NCBI GenBank assembly: GCA_964016885.1
Contig: OZ024751.1
Location: 24,924,001 to 24,988,000 of the forward strand
Reading direction: 5' to 3'
DNA from: Eledone cirrhosa
Lineage: Eukaryota
DNA: 64,000 nt
Position numbers and translations under genes: made by a program. Of the stretch, positions 1-12,294 are shown piece by piece. Below the pieces are notes generated by a model. It did not search any database and was not told where the DNA came from. It saw nothing but the letters and a program-made list of their open reading frames with translations. Position 1 is the first letter of the stretch, and the number at the start of each line of letters is the position of its first letter.

Positions 1-1190
1 GCCTCCACCGTTTCTCAAAATCGTCCCATAGAGTCTTTAGTTAGATTTTAAAATAGTTTACATAATTAATGGATATTCCTTTATATATAGTTTTAATTCT
101 CACCTCTACTTATTTTTGAAAACATTTAAAAATTTTAATTAAACGCTATATATAAAAAAGCAATAAAATAATAAGATAGGTATTATTCTTTATATTTAAT
201 TTTTAAATGATTTTCTATTCTCTAAATAATCTAATCTAAATAAGTTAACTAATTTCTTCCTCCGTTATTTTCTCCGATTATTATTTTTCTCTTATCTTCC
301 TTCAGTATAATTTTTCATCTACTTTAAATTTAGGTTGTATCTAAATAAATTAATTTCACTAGAAATTGATAAGTTCTGCTATAGTACATACACTGTTTCT
401 TTCTTTCAAAATAATTATACAAAGTTTTAATATCATCTACTTTAAATAATATTGTTGAATTCATAATTTTTAACATAGATAATTATCTCCCTTCTTTAAA
501 TAATTTATCACGTAACATTAAAGCATACTTAACAATATATTTTGTAAAAATATCAAAAGAACCATATTAATTATTAAATACTTTTCTATTGAATAATTTC
601 AATATCTAAGTATACATAATAAAGGATAGATTACCTACAAATCCTATAATCCAAATATTTCCCATTTATTATTATATCTCCATAATATTATCCATGTCAA
701 TGGAATATTTTTCTTGATACAATATATACTTTTCATTTAATACCTATCTATAATGATTGTAAGCGAAATTAAGATTGAATAACGTTCAATTTTTGTTTTG
801 TTTTTTTCTGACCAATCTAATTACGCTTTATTTTAAATAATTTACGAAACGTTTAAACCAACTGTAATGTTTCGCCCCAATCATTATGTGCTGAGGTTTT
901 GCAAATTATATGCCTGAAGGTCACCAATCTGTTCAGCTCGTTTGTCTACCAGCATATTAGGAAAAGATTATACATTTTCTTTATATTTAGTCTGATTTTC
1001 CTTGTGTTTACGTCTCGTATTTGTTGGCGTAATGACACACCCGTCTCTCCTATATAGTTATGTTGACAGCCACCGTATGTGATTACGTAGATCTGGTTCT
1101 CTGATCAAGATGGTAAAAAAACTTACTCCAACACAGTAATTTACTAAACCATACATAAAGGCACTGGAGAAAAAATTTGATAAAACTTAC

Positions 1191-1308
1191 CAAAACTTTG
1201 CGCATTACTCAGGGTTAAATTGTGCATAACTCGAGCTCCAAAAAATGACCATTTTAAAAGGAATTCTTGAGCACGTTTCTTAAAAGACCGTCCATTTTGC
1301 TTGCTTGG
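1191..1308 (-). CDS. RFX6: RFX6 coding exon (118 nt); gene continues beyond position 1
   Basis: tcatag|...|gtaag. [39 protein letters not shown](G). Confidence 0.96.
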
Positions 1309-1487
1309 CTATGAAATATATTAGAAAGAATATTTAATTCAGAAATCGACTTGAAGTCTCTTTCCACAACTACATACATATTTTATTTCAGAATACATTT
1401 ATATAAAACATTTCACTATTTCAGCTCAAAGGCCTTCAAACACTGGTTCATACCAACCACTCGATCAAGTCAAAGACCTCAAACAAT

Positions 1488-1582
<95 letters not shown>

Positions 1583-1633
1583 AAAAGTTAGGTAGAAATA
1601 TCCAAGGGTAAAAGCACTCAGTTCATAGGACGA

Positions 1634-1692
<59 letters not shown>

Positions 1693-1734
1693 TTATATGT
1701 ATAAATCTTTTGGGGAGACCCTGTATATATATAT

Positions 1735-2005
1735 ATGCCGAAGCTGAAGCATTTAGACAATATGCCCCCACCTCCTCTCACTGCAAAGTGGTCGTGTAGG
1801 CGCCTCGGTAAAAAAGCACCCAGTACTCACTATAAATGAGATTGGTGTTAGGAAGGGCATCCAGCTGTAGAAATGGAGCCAAAATCAGTTCCCGTATGAG
1901 GAAGACATGGTCACCTGACCTGGCATTGCCCACAACAGGACAACTCGTCTAACCCAGGCTAGTGTGGAAGAATGGACGTAAAACGATGATGATGATGATG
2001 ATGAT
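1735..2005 (+). mobile_element. SINE with V-domain-like central segment and (GAT)n tail
   Basis: ttaggaagggcatccagctgtagaaa resembles the V-SINE conserved block; ends gacgtaaaac(gat)n. A degenerate relative lies near 47480-47590. Confidence 0.55.
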
Positions 2006-2006
2006 A

Positions 2007-2878
2007 TCTCTATACGTATAAAATTATTTGTCTGTCTGCCTCTCTATTTGTCTGTCTGTTCCTATGCATTCTCTAACGGCTGGGCCAAATCAAATCAAAT
2101 TTTACGGGAGTGTCAACATGTAATTCTTATTTTCATTTGGATTAAACAATATAAGATTTTATCTAAAATAATATTTTTATAGTCAACTATAGTAAACGAC
2201 AACGACGACGATGACGACTCACATTTTTTATATGAGTGTTTATGTGTCTGTGAGTGTACGTTTGTGCGTTCGTTATGTATGTTAGGCCTCAGAGAATTAA
2301 ACACACACACATCTACACATACAAACACATAATTGTTTCCACTTTTGGCACAAGGCCATCAATTAACCAGTACATTACTGGTACTTTATTTTATCCACCC
2401 CGTAAGGATGAAAGGCAAAGTTAACCTCGGCGGGATTTGAACTCAGACCGTAAAGGGGCGTAACTATGCTGGAAAGCATGGCGTCCGACCCTCAACCGAT
2501 ACTGCCAATCCACCGCCCTTACCGCACATACAAACACATAATGTGTGTGAGAGTGTAGACGTCACATTTTGTATATGAATATCTCATGTGTGTGTGTGTG
2601 TATGTGTGTGTGTGTGTGTGTGTGTTTGCATTTGTGCGTTCATTAGGTACGTTATTAAATACACATACATAAATTACAGAATGAATATTGTTTACCCTAA
2701 AGTGCTTCAAGATTGACAGATTTTCATTCCTAAATTCTATTATCATTACAATTTTTATATTTTTTAAATAAAATATAGATATTTTGAAATAATTATGAGG
2801 AAAAAAACATCTTATTTATTGTTTACTAATCTGAATAAGAACAGCAGTAACCCAGGCGGCGCCGGGTAATTCAGCTAG
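2007..2878 (+). mobile_element. Non-autonomous Helitron containing a nested SINE
   Basis: 5' TC followed by tgtc repeats; 3' GC hairpin acccaggcggcgccgggt then CTAG|t. An inverted homologue starts at 39571. Confidence 0.75.
2330..2518 (-). mobile_element. tRNA-derived SINE, family S1 (about 190 bp)
   Basis: Reverse complement of ggcggtggattggcag...gagttcaaatcc (B box)...gcctttcatccttacggggtcgataaa...gtagaaacaatt; at least 10 copies in the window. Confidence 0.85.
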
Positions 2879-2930
2879 TATATAATATATATATATATTA
2901 ATTTATTATATATATATATTTATATATATT

Positions 2931-2994
<64 letters not shown>

Positions 2995-3229
2995 TAAGTT
3001 AAGGTATCATAACATATATAATATGTATGATGATTATGCTTCTCAATAGAAAAGCTCAATGGACGTTTTCCCAGATCATCAATAATTCAAATTATAAGAT
3101 ATATGTTTGATATATATAGAGAAATATAAATAGGAGGTTCGCTGTAATATTTTGACTATATAATATAGTCTAATAATGGGGTGTATAAACACACAGAACG
3201 GAAAAGATGAGTATCAGCCAATCTTTTCC

Positions 3230-3314
<85 letters not shown>

Positions 3315-3335
3315 CATATACATATTTGATCTTAC

Positions 3336-3430
3336 CTTAACAACTTTATGTTCCACTACAGCGTCAAGCCATTCAGTAAAGGCCTCTACAGTTGCCTGTT
3401 TTCTCAAAAGTTCTTTAAACTCTTGAAGAA
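3336..3430 (-). CDS. RFX6: RFX6 coding exon (95 nt)
   Basis: tttcag|...|gtaag. (F)[31 protein letters not shown]. Confidence 0.95.
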
Positions 3431-4119
3431 CTGAAAAACACAGAAATCTTTGTTGATATTTATATCGATCTGTTTGAATAAATCGCTAGCTAAATGTAAT
3501 GTAGTTAATACATCAATTGATTGAATTCTTGTAAAATTATCCAAGCTTAGCTTGGATAATCTTTGGAGAATAGAATATGAATGGATGTTGCCTTTCAATC
3601 TAACTGTATCGTTTTAATTTTTAATCTAAATGTGAGAACTGAGTGTCCGTTCTCGCTTTTAACTGGTAGATATAATCATTCAGATCAACACGATCACATG
3701 ACCCTTGAAGGCTCTCAATGGAGTTCATGTTGTTACAAGTATTCAATCAAGTTCTCCTGCTAGAAGATACCCTCCTCTCCTGGCTCCCAGTTGGCGAGAC
3801 TCTGAAAAGGAGGATCATATGTGCTGCCTTCGCTATTCTAATTTGTTTTTAAAAAGCATTCCTTTCTGAGTATATGAACAAACTAAATTTCTTAATTGAT
3901 AAAAAAAAAAATTAATTTTATTGATTCAAGGAATATTCTATTTCTAGCATAAAACAATTGCTGGTTTTTATGCCTCTATTCTTTATAGAATGAAATGCCA
4001 GACTCTTGTTTATTTACTTCCAGGTTTCCCCCGAAGGAATTATATATTTGCGCTGAAGTAGATAGAAACGGGAAATGTTAAAAATACATTAGCTTTGAAC
4101 TATGTTATCAAGCCCTGTA

Positions 4120-4292
4120 TTGCCCTCCCCCCTCACCTACAGGGAACAGCTGATAAATATAGAATCTCCAGAGCTCTGTATCGTCCTCTCTCCTCACCTA
4201 CAGGGATCAGCCGATAACTATAGATTCTCAAGAGCTCTGTATTGCTCACTCACCTACAGGGACCAGCTGATAACTATAAAGTCTCCAGAGAT
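4120..4292. repeat. Minisatellite, about 60 bp x3
   Basis: Repeated ctctgtattg...ctcacctacaggga.cagctgataactatag...tctccagag. Confidence 0.75.
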
Positions 4293-4928
4293 AGACAGTT
4301 TTTACTCATAGATGGACTTCATCATATCCTCTGACAGCCTCATGACCTTTGTAAGAATCGACAACAGCCGACTGCACAGCCGACAACAGCTATGTCTAGA
4401 TGGAAAGGTCAAACACAAAACATGAACAGACCTTCTTCAACACTTAATTTAAAATTTAAAATTTAAAATTTTTAATTCTTTTTAATTGTAATATTTAACA
4501 TTTGATAAGATGTATTACACTGATACACCGAAATCGGTTATATTTTATATATTTTATATACTTATAAAACTCCATTTTTGTAAAAAAATTGTTCCTCTCA
4601 TTTTTTCAATAATGTCACTTTGATGGATGAAAGAAGAAATTAAATAAAACAGATCCTTTAAATATACTTTCCATGCTGTTTCCAATGCATATATATATAC
4701 ACATGTATGAACATATATAATTAAATATATATACATATATATGAACAGGGTTGCCAATTCTGTGCAAGACATTTGAGATCATTGGCTGGGCTGAAAGGCC
4801 ACATTCGATCGCAACACCGTTAATTATTAATATATGTGCGTGTATTTTTATTTTTTATTTTTTATTCTTTTTATTTTATTTTTATTTCATCGTGCAATGG
4901 CCATACTCGATAACGAGGGGGCTGGCAT

Positions 4929-5007
<79 letters not shown>

Positions 5008-5103
5008 GTAAGCACACACACACGCGCGTGCGCACACACATATACATATACATGCATATACATATGCATAAATAAATAAATAAATATATATATATATATA
5101 TAT

Positions 5104-5531
5104 GCAAAAGTTCTATTTAAAATTGTTGGGATACAACAAGTAAATATTTTTATAACTGATATAAAGCACTCGACAAGTATTTGGAGTAGATATACGATAT
5201 TAATAAATGGAAACTATATTTATAAAATCATATTTATTTCATTATACATATTTCAGGGATACCAAATTAAATTATGGTATGCCTTCATCAGACAAAATAC
5301 AATATATAACAGTTTTACAAATAAGCTTTGTAATGCAACCATTATTTTTGGAAGCCATCCGGATAGTGGTTGCATTTTAATAGGGTACGTCAAAGCTTAT
5401 TTGTAAAACTGTTATATATTGTATTTTGTCTGATGAAGGCATACCATAATTTAATTTGGTATCCCTGAAATATGTATAATGAAATAAATATGGTTTTATA
5501 AATATAGTTTCCATTTATTAATATCGTATAT
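5104..5531. mobile_element. TA-inserted foldback element, family A (Penelope pLTR-like, hammerhead core in both arms)
   Basis: Arms 5190-5330 and 5391-5531 are near-perfect inverted repeats, plus an unpaired tail 5104-5189; (TA)n on both sides. Homologues at 26810 and 49275. Confidence 0.75.
5430..5476 (+). ncRNA. Minimal hammerhead ribozyme-like core (mirror copy 5245-5291 on minus strand)
   Basis: CTGATGA-AGGcATACCA-taatttaatt-TGGTATcCCT-GAAA-TATG-TA; stem I is not canonical. Confidence 0.6.
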
Positions 5532-5987
5532 ATATATATATATATATATATACAGTAATGAATTATAAGAATCGGATATCAAGTATATATTCATTGTACC
5601 ATATCACACGCTATGATAAAGGAAATATTTAAGCTTCATGCTTCAATGTACTTGCTTGCATTAGCAATGTTTTCTATGAATCTCTGCCATCTTTCTACAC
5701 CCATACACACACGTTTCCATACACATACGTGTTTACATACACACACGTGTTTAGATACACACACATGTTTACAAGCAATCCCGCATGTGTACATATATCT
5801 ATATATACATCTATTTATATCTCTCTATAAATACATACGCACAAACATATACACACATACATATATACATATGCATATACATATATGTACATACACATAT
5901 ATATATATATACATTTACATACATATATGCATACATAGATACATACATATATATAAATACATACACAGACAGACATATATATGTATA

Positions 5988-6069
<82 letters not shown>

Positions 6070-6735
6070 TACAGATATATATACATTTACATACATATAT
6101 ACATACATAGATACATACATATATATACATACATACACAGTCAAACATATGTATATGTATACACACATGTATATATATATGTACATATATATGTATATAC
6201 ATTTACATACATATATACATACATAGATACATACATATATATACATACACAGACAAACATATGTATATGTATACACACATGTATATATATATGTACATAT
6301 ATATGTATATACATTTACATACATATATATAAATACATACACAGACAAACATATGTATATCTATACACACATGTATATATATGTACATACATACATACAT
6401 ACATATGTATATACATTTACATACATATATACATACACAGACAAACATATGTATATGTATACACACACACACACATATATATATATGTACATACATGTGT
6501 ATATACATTTACATACACATATACATACACAGACAAACATATGTATATGTATACACACACGTATATATATATATATATGTACATATATATTATGTGTGCA
6601 TTTGCTCGTTCATTTATTCGCACGTCCATAATTCCATACATACATAAATGCGAACACATATTCACATACATGTACGCACACACATATACGTACACACATA
6701 TACGTACATGCATATATAGACGGAGCTGGACTTAC

Positions 6736-6877
6736 ATTCTGCGTTCAATTCCATGTCCTGTTCACAGTCAGTATCTGTATAAAGGGCCTGGCTACCAATA
6801 CTACTGAGATCAACTCGGTCTACATCTGCTATCATTTGGTTCACCATGTGAACATCGTATAAAACTGGTCTCGCTGT
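6736..6877 (-). CDS. RFX6: RFX6 coding exon (142 nt)
   Basis: tgacag|...|gtaag. [47 protein letters not shown](F). Confidence 0.94.
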
Positions 6878-7464
6878 CTGTCAAATATATATGGAATGAT
6901 TCATTAAGGCGTTGGTCAATTTTTAGTGATATAAGCCTAAACAATGCAAAATGGAGGATAAGATGAGGGTAATGAAAAATTTAGTTACCTGGTAATCATT
7001 CTTTGTTTTTGTTGCTGTTGTTACATTTGTCCTAATATTTCGGGACTTAAAATTCCCTTCATCAGAGTATAAGGAACTCAGAGAAAACTGTTCCGGTTTC
7101 TTCACTTTGGAATTGAATTTATATTTAAATTTTATGAACCGTTTTCTAGCGTTTTTGTTCACGATACGCTCAAAGATGACGTCAGTTATATTTCATGAAA
7201 TCAATTTCCTTGTAAGAGATATTGTTTAGGTTGCGTGTGTGTGCGTGTGGGTGAGTCTTTTTAAGTCAAGTATTGTATGCTCAGTTCTAATCTGTCATTT
7301 GTTTGAAGGTTGAGTTATACGAAAGAGCAAGGCTTCCTTAATTCTTAAATTCTTAAACTACAGATCCATGCAAAACAGACAAGCAGACTACAATTACAAC
7401 CAAAACAACATTTCTTTTTTAGGAACAAGACAAAAATACCAGGACACCCGATGACTCCCCACTC

Positions 7465-7925
7465 ATGAGAAATCGAAGATAATTAACCTTTCAAAGATAT
7501 CACTAACTAACACACAAATTAACATATTAAGTAAGGGAGTGAAATTTACACCCACACCACAAAAATCTAACTTCCCCGAAATGAAAGATGACATCATGGA
7601 ATTCTGCCGAAAACTCGGACTAATAGAATACTTCTCCAATGACACAAACACTGAAGACGAATCAATAGTCAGAAACAAAAGTGATTTCTGCCCACAGGAA
7701 GGAAGGAACACAGCACTGGATACCTACTGCGAACGCACCATCAACTTTTTTCCCTATGAACAAATTGCAAATAAACACACGAAATCGAACCTCTCTAAAC
7801 ACGAATGGAAATAATTATTCACAATTAGAGATAAGACTGAAATATCAATCAAAGAAGCCGATAAAAGGAGCATTGTGGTCATTATGGAAACTGACTACTA
7901 TAGAGACCTGGCACACAAAAATGTT
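7465..7925 (+). mobile_element. Penelope-like element ORF N-terminal fragment (decayed)
   Basis: KIINLSKISLTNTQINILSKGVKFTPTPQK...FCRKLGLIEYF, then after a frameshift IKEADKRSIVVIMETDYY, resembling the KxADKGxxVV motif of PLE reverse transcriptases. Confidence 0.75.
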
Positions 7926-8098
7926 CAATGAAATAAATACCAGACTTGAAAAAAAAAGAAAAAGTCCAAGGGTCGATATAATCGATGAAATCTAGCCAAA
8001 GCGTTCCTTATCATTGCCAGTGTAAGGACTGATACCAGTTAGAGACTCTAAAAGAATATGTAATTTTTCTTTTTCTTTTGACACTGAGTAATTAATCC

Positions 8099-8283
8099 TA
8101 GACCTGCCAAACCTCTAAAATCTCAAACGGGGAGTACCATGAAAAAAATTGCCCCAAATGAGGGAAAATGGGGAGATTTTATATATTGAAAGCTATACCC
8201 ATTTTCCCAAGAGAAGACATCTCTTACCCACCACAAAGTGGGTGGGAGATCTTCCCGTCGGACGGAGAGTGTTGACAGGTCTG
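8099..8283. mobile_element. Putative MITE
   Basis: Terminal inverted repeats agacctgccaa / ttgacaggtct; no clear TSD. Confidence 0.45.
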
Positions 8284-8365
8284 TTATCGTAGTAGTAGTT
8301 TAGTACGATGTATTATTGATGTTTAGTTAGTTAAATCCAAGGTTAATTAAAATTAGGGTTTAAAG

Positions 8366-8656
8366 CAGCCATAGGCAACCTGCGGCCCGCGAAGCTTTCT
8401 GAATGACTCGCCTAAATCATCTAAGATGAAATCTTTCTGATTTTTTTACCTCAACTTTTCAGTCGTGATTTATCTTTCTATCATTTTTACGATGGAGGAA
8501 AACAATGTATAGGAATTCTGAAGAAACAATTTAAAACAACCTGACTTACCACCCTTTTTTAAACGTTGGCACGAATGTAAATTAGCGTTTGCGGCCCGCC
8601 TGATGATTAGCCATATCTCATGCGGCCCGCTTCTCGAAAAAGATTGCCCATGCCTA
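8366..8656. mobile_element. hAT (Charlie/Buster-like) MITE
   Basis: TIRs cagccataggcaacct / agattgcccatgccta, internal gcggcccgc motifs, and a perfect 8-bp TSD GTTTAAAG at 8358-8365 and 8657-8664. Confidence 0.85.
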
Positions 8657-8730
8657 GTTTAAAGTATCAATATAAAACTGAAGACAGAATTGAGCGGAGT
8701 TTTAAGAATGTAATTAAAATGTCTGCTTAC

Positions 8731-8890
8731 TTGAGCTAAATGAAGAAAGGACGTTTGACGTTTCAACGACTGAGAAAATCTGTGGGCTACTGGAAGTTTG
8801 TGTTCTGTTAATTGTTCGGGGAGATTTTCTAGAGCCGATGACAACCAGTTTTCCCAGTGATTGGCGAAATTCCTAATGTCACACATCAAT
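8731..8890 (-). CDS. RFX6: RFX6 coding exon (160 nt), dimerisation domain
   Basis: aaatag|...|gtaag. [53 protein letters not shown]. Confidence 0.96.
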
Positions 8891-9039
8891 CTATTTAAGT
8901 GAAAAAAAAAAAAAAAATACATATCAAAGAAATCCTTTAATCTTTTCATAGGAGTCAGAAGATCTTTGTAGAAGAAACGCATCCAAATATTGCTCAGTTA
9001 AAAATCTAGTATTCATTCACATCCACAAATACATATCGT

Positions 9040-9236
9040 GAGGGCATCTGGCTTAATGGTTAGTATTGCGGCTTGAAGATGGTTAGACCACATGTTCGAT
9101 TTCCGAAGCGGGTTGCGCGTTGTGTCAATGAACAAGAGACTTCATTAAATGTAACTCTAGCTCACTCAGTTGAGAAATGAGTACCCCTAACAGCAGCTGG
9201 GCGAGGGGTTAAACCTGTGACAGTCTCACATCCCCT
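9040..9236 (+). mobile_element. CORE-like tRNA SINE (degenerate)
   Basis: A box tggcttaatgg, B box gttcgatttcc, then ttgtgtc.atgaacaagagactt...cactcagttg. Confidence 0.55.
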
Positions 9237-9239
9237 CTA

Positions 9240-9450
9240 GGGGTAAGTCTTGTGCTCTCCATTACTTAACGTGGGTGTTTCGACCTTACATTTGTAGACA
9301 ATGTTACTGGAGAGGCATTTCCTGGATAGAGGGCAGTCAACCCGATTCCTACAATTACAGTTAGTACTAGCTACAGGGTTGCACGTGTTCTTACGGCTAG
9401 GTAATTTATCTAAATTTGCTGGTAGCAGAGAAAGGAAAAGGGGGGCAATA
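9240..9450 (-). mobile_element. Penelope-like element fragment: Zn-linker and start of GIY-YIG endonuclease
   Basis: NCNCRNRVDCPLSRKCLSSNIVYKCKVETP...KTY matches the CNC..CPL..C..VY..Y(IG) pattern of PLE endonucleases. Confidence 0.7.
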
Positions 9451-9527
9451 ATTCCTTTATCATACAATAGTGTTGAAAGAATCAATATTTTGAAATGAAA
9501 ATATTTCTTTTTATGTTGCAAACTTAC

Positions 9528-9577
9528 ATTTCTGGCATTTCTTGCATCGTTGCTGGGATAAGAACCTCAATCAGGAC
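9528..9577 (-). CDS. RFX6: RFX6 coding exon (50 nt)
   Basis: taatag|...|gtaag. VLIEVLIPATMQEMPE(I). Confidence 0.94.
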
Positions 9578-10284
9578 CTATTAAATATATAAACAAAATA
9601 TGGTTAGGAAAAACTTACCACTGACCACAGTATTTAAACTTTTTTTTATAGCTTTATCTTTTAATTTCCAGATGTGCTGTGAAAGAGTTGTGTTCTTTTT
9701 TCTGAATGCTTAAAATATGTTGTGTGTATTACTGCTTGTTATCGTATGTCCTGTTAAGATTAAATAACTTTGTTCACTTCGGTCTGCCATTTTCACATTA
9801 GCAGAGTATACAAACTATATCAGCTCCTAGCCAATACGTTTGCAACCATATAAGCAAGGGTTAATGTTGGCATAATTACATCAATATTGTTTAAAAATTT
9901 GAAAGCTCATATATTTCTTTTGTTGATACCAGAATGAAATTCTTGATAGTATCACTGTTGTTAATTTTCAAAGAGCTCTTATTAAATATTTTGTAGTAAC
10001 GATGATTAATTGAGAAGTCCCTATGTACTCTAGCCAAACCTAAGACAGTTTTGGTGATATCGTATGACTCAACAGGGCTGTCAGAAGGATTAAACCAGCT
10101 GATGTCGCACTTGCGAGATCTATTTAGCTACAAGCATTCGTGCAAGGTAACCAATATTTAGTACATCGCTCAGTTAAACACCACCACTATCACCACTACT
10201 CGGCTCTGGGTGCTCTTAACCGAATCTTCAGTCTAAGGTTAACTACCTCTCCTCCTCCCACGCATCTTAGAGGCTTACGAAAAG

Positions 10285-10355
10285 TTTCATGTGCGTTTCA
10301 TGTGCGTTTCATGTGCGTTTCATGTGCGTTTCATGTGCGTTTCATGTGCGTTTCA
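10285..10355. repeat. 11-bp tandem repeat (tttcatgtgcg) x about 6
   Basis: Read directly from the sequence. Confidence 0.9.
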
Positions 10356-10399
10356 GCTTTGACTAAACTGTCAAAATGTAAATATAAATCTATATTATA

Positions 10400-10588
10400 A
10401 TTGTTTCTACTTTTGGCACAAGGCCAGCTATTACCCCAGTGCATTACTGGTACTTTATTTTATCGACCCCTTAAGGATGAAAGGCAAAGTTAACATCGGC
10501 GGGATTTGAACTCAGAATGGCAAGGGCAGTAACTCTACGCATCAAAGCATGGTGTCCGACCCTCTACCGATACTGCCAATCCACCGCC
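10400..10588 (-). mobile_element. SINE S1 with 15-bp TSD
   Basis: Full-length reverse copy; aatctatattataat at 10387-10401 and 10592-10606. Confidence 0.88.
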
Positions 10589-10593
10589 AATAA

Positions 10594-10894
10594 TCTATAT
10601 TATAATAAGAGCGCTGTCTGTCCGTCCGTCACGTTCACTTTATAAAGAGAGGGGGAGCGCCAAGCAAAAGATATGTATATAAATAGAGAGAGAAAAAGGG
10701 AACGCCGTGTTTTCGAGGTGACAGAAAGAGGTAGATAGACAAAAAGTTAAGAAGTCACCCGCATCTATATATATATAGAGAGAGGGAGGGCCAATCGAAA
10801 GAGATGTACATAAATAGAGAGAGAAAAGGAACTTCATTTGTTTAGGGAGAGAGAGAGAAAGTTAGTGTGTGTGTGTGTGACACACATCCTCTAG
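10594..10894 (+). mobile_element. Putative short Helitron derivative
   Basis: tctatattataa...tgtctgtccgtccg start and CTAG|t end; the 3' hairpin is weak. Confidence 0.5.
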
Positions 10895-10944
10895 TATATA
10901 TAAAAAGTCAAAATATTATGAATGAGATATCATAATATACTAAC

Positions 10945-11058
10945 CTTATATAGGATGGAATCACATATACAGATGATATCGACAATGACTTGGTTTTTAA
11001 CCAGCGGTAGAAGGTGGTCAGGGAGGCCCTGCCAAAAATGAAGCAGGAAGTTTTGAAT
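10945..11058 (-). CDS. RFX6: RFX6 coding exon (114 nt), B/C domain
   Basis: tttcag|...|gttag. [38 protein letters not shown]. Confidence 0.96.
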
Positions 11059-11649
11059 CTGAAAAAGAATAAAGTTGATTTCATTGATAAGGTGTGTTAA
11101 TGTATTCTTGTCGCTGTTTAATGATTGAGTAGATCCATGATGAAGGACGTCCCAGTGCCAGCCTTGACAACATCACATCTTATTCAGACATAGTCTATCT
11201 AGGATCACATTATCTAATGTATATGTTTCTCCTATAAGTATGTAATTTCAAGGCATACTTAACTACTGTTTCTAGCAGATTAAACGCATAAGAACACGAG
11301 TCGAACTTTTCAACATCAGCAAAACACAGGGTTTAAATCTTGAATTAATAAACACTCATTAAGCAGGAACTTGGTTAAGCTATTCGGGTACGTGGGCAGA
11401 GGGTGGAAAACGTAGAAGACTTGGAATATCACGGTAGTTGACTATTACAAACCACAGGTATTTCGGGAAACCACAGGTATTTCGGGAGTAACCACAGTAA
11501 TTAAGGTACCCAATACATTAGTTGAGTGTAAACATCAAGTTTAATATAGAAATGGCTTCTAGAACTGTTTCATTCGTATCACCTTGATGATTTTATACGA
11601 ATGAAACAGTTCTAGTCCTGTAGAAGCCATTTCTATATTTAAAAATAAT

Positions 11650-11696
<47 letters not shown>

Positions 11697-11957
11697 CATA
11701 ATAGGTGGTTCGGTAGATTCGTGGTTTACTGAGGAAGGCACCAAAACTAGCACACTATGCTACGTCAGAGTTTAGCTTTGCTTCATTAACAAGTCTGATG
11801 AGCAGATCAAGCTGGAATCAGGTCTGTAGCATTTACATGGACCCTGAGCCATCCATCTGTGAAACGGCCGTAACTGTGTCGAATCAAAAAAGACCTTAAT
11901 GTGAATTGAAACCTTACTTTGTTTTCAATACAGTATATATATATATATATATATATA

Positions 11958-12019
11958 CCCTAAGTATTGAGTACTCTGGTGCGTTATGACCCATCTGGTT
12001 CCTTGCCACTCTTCCTTCG

Positions 12020-12021
<2 letters not shown>
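11958..12021 (+). mobile_element. TA-inserted family D, short 3' fragment
   Basis: aagtattgagtactctggtgcgttatg..ccatctggttcctt.ccac..ttccttcgtt, shared with 16155, 22821, 28768 and 62159. Confidence 0.75.
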
Positions 12022-12089
<68 letters not shown>

Positions 12090-12216
12090 ATGTATATACG
12101 TATGTATGTATATATATATGTGTATATATATATATTCACGACTTCCTCAGTATTTACGGATCCATGCATGTATGCATATATATGTGTCTGTGTGTGTGTG
12201 CGTAAATATAAATATT

Positions 12217-12287
<71 letters not shown>

Positions 12288-12294
<7 letters not shown>

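Noticed and set aside
6874-6879. Alternative tandem acceptor (gacagACAG)
   Set aside because: A 4-nt shift would break the RFX6 frame, and nothing indicates it is used.
11795-11870. CTGATGA motifs at about 11796 and 46107 as hammerheads
   Set aside because: No convincing stem II closed by a nearby GAAA.
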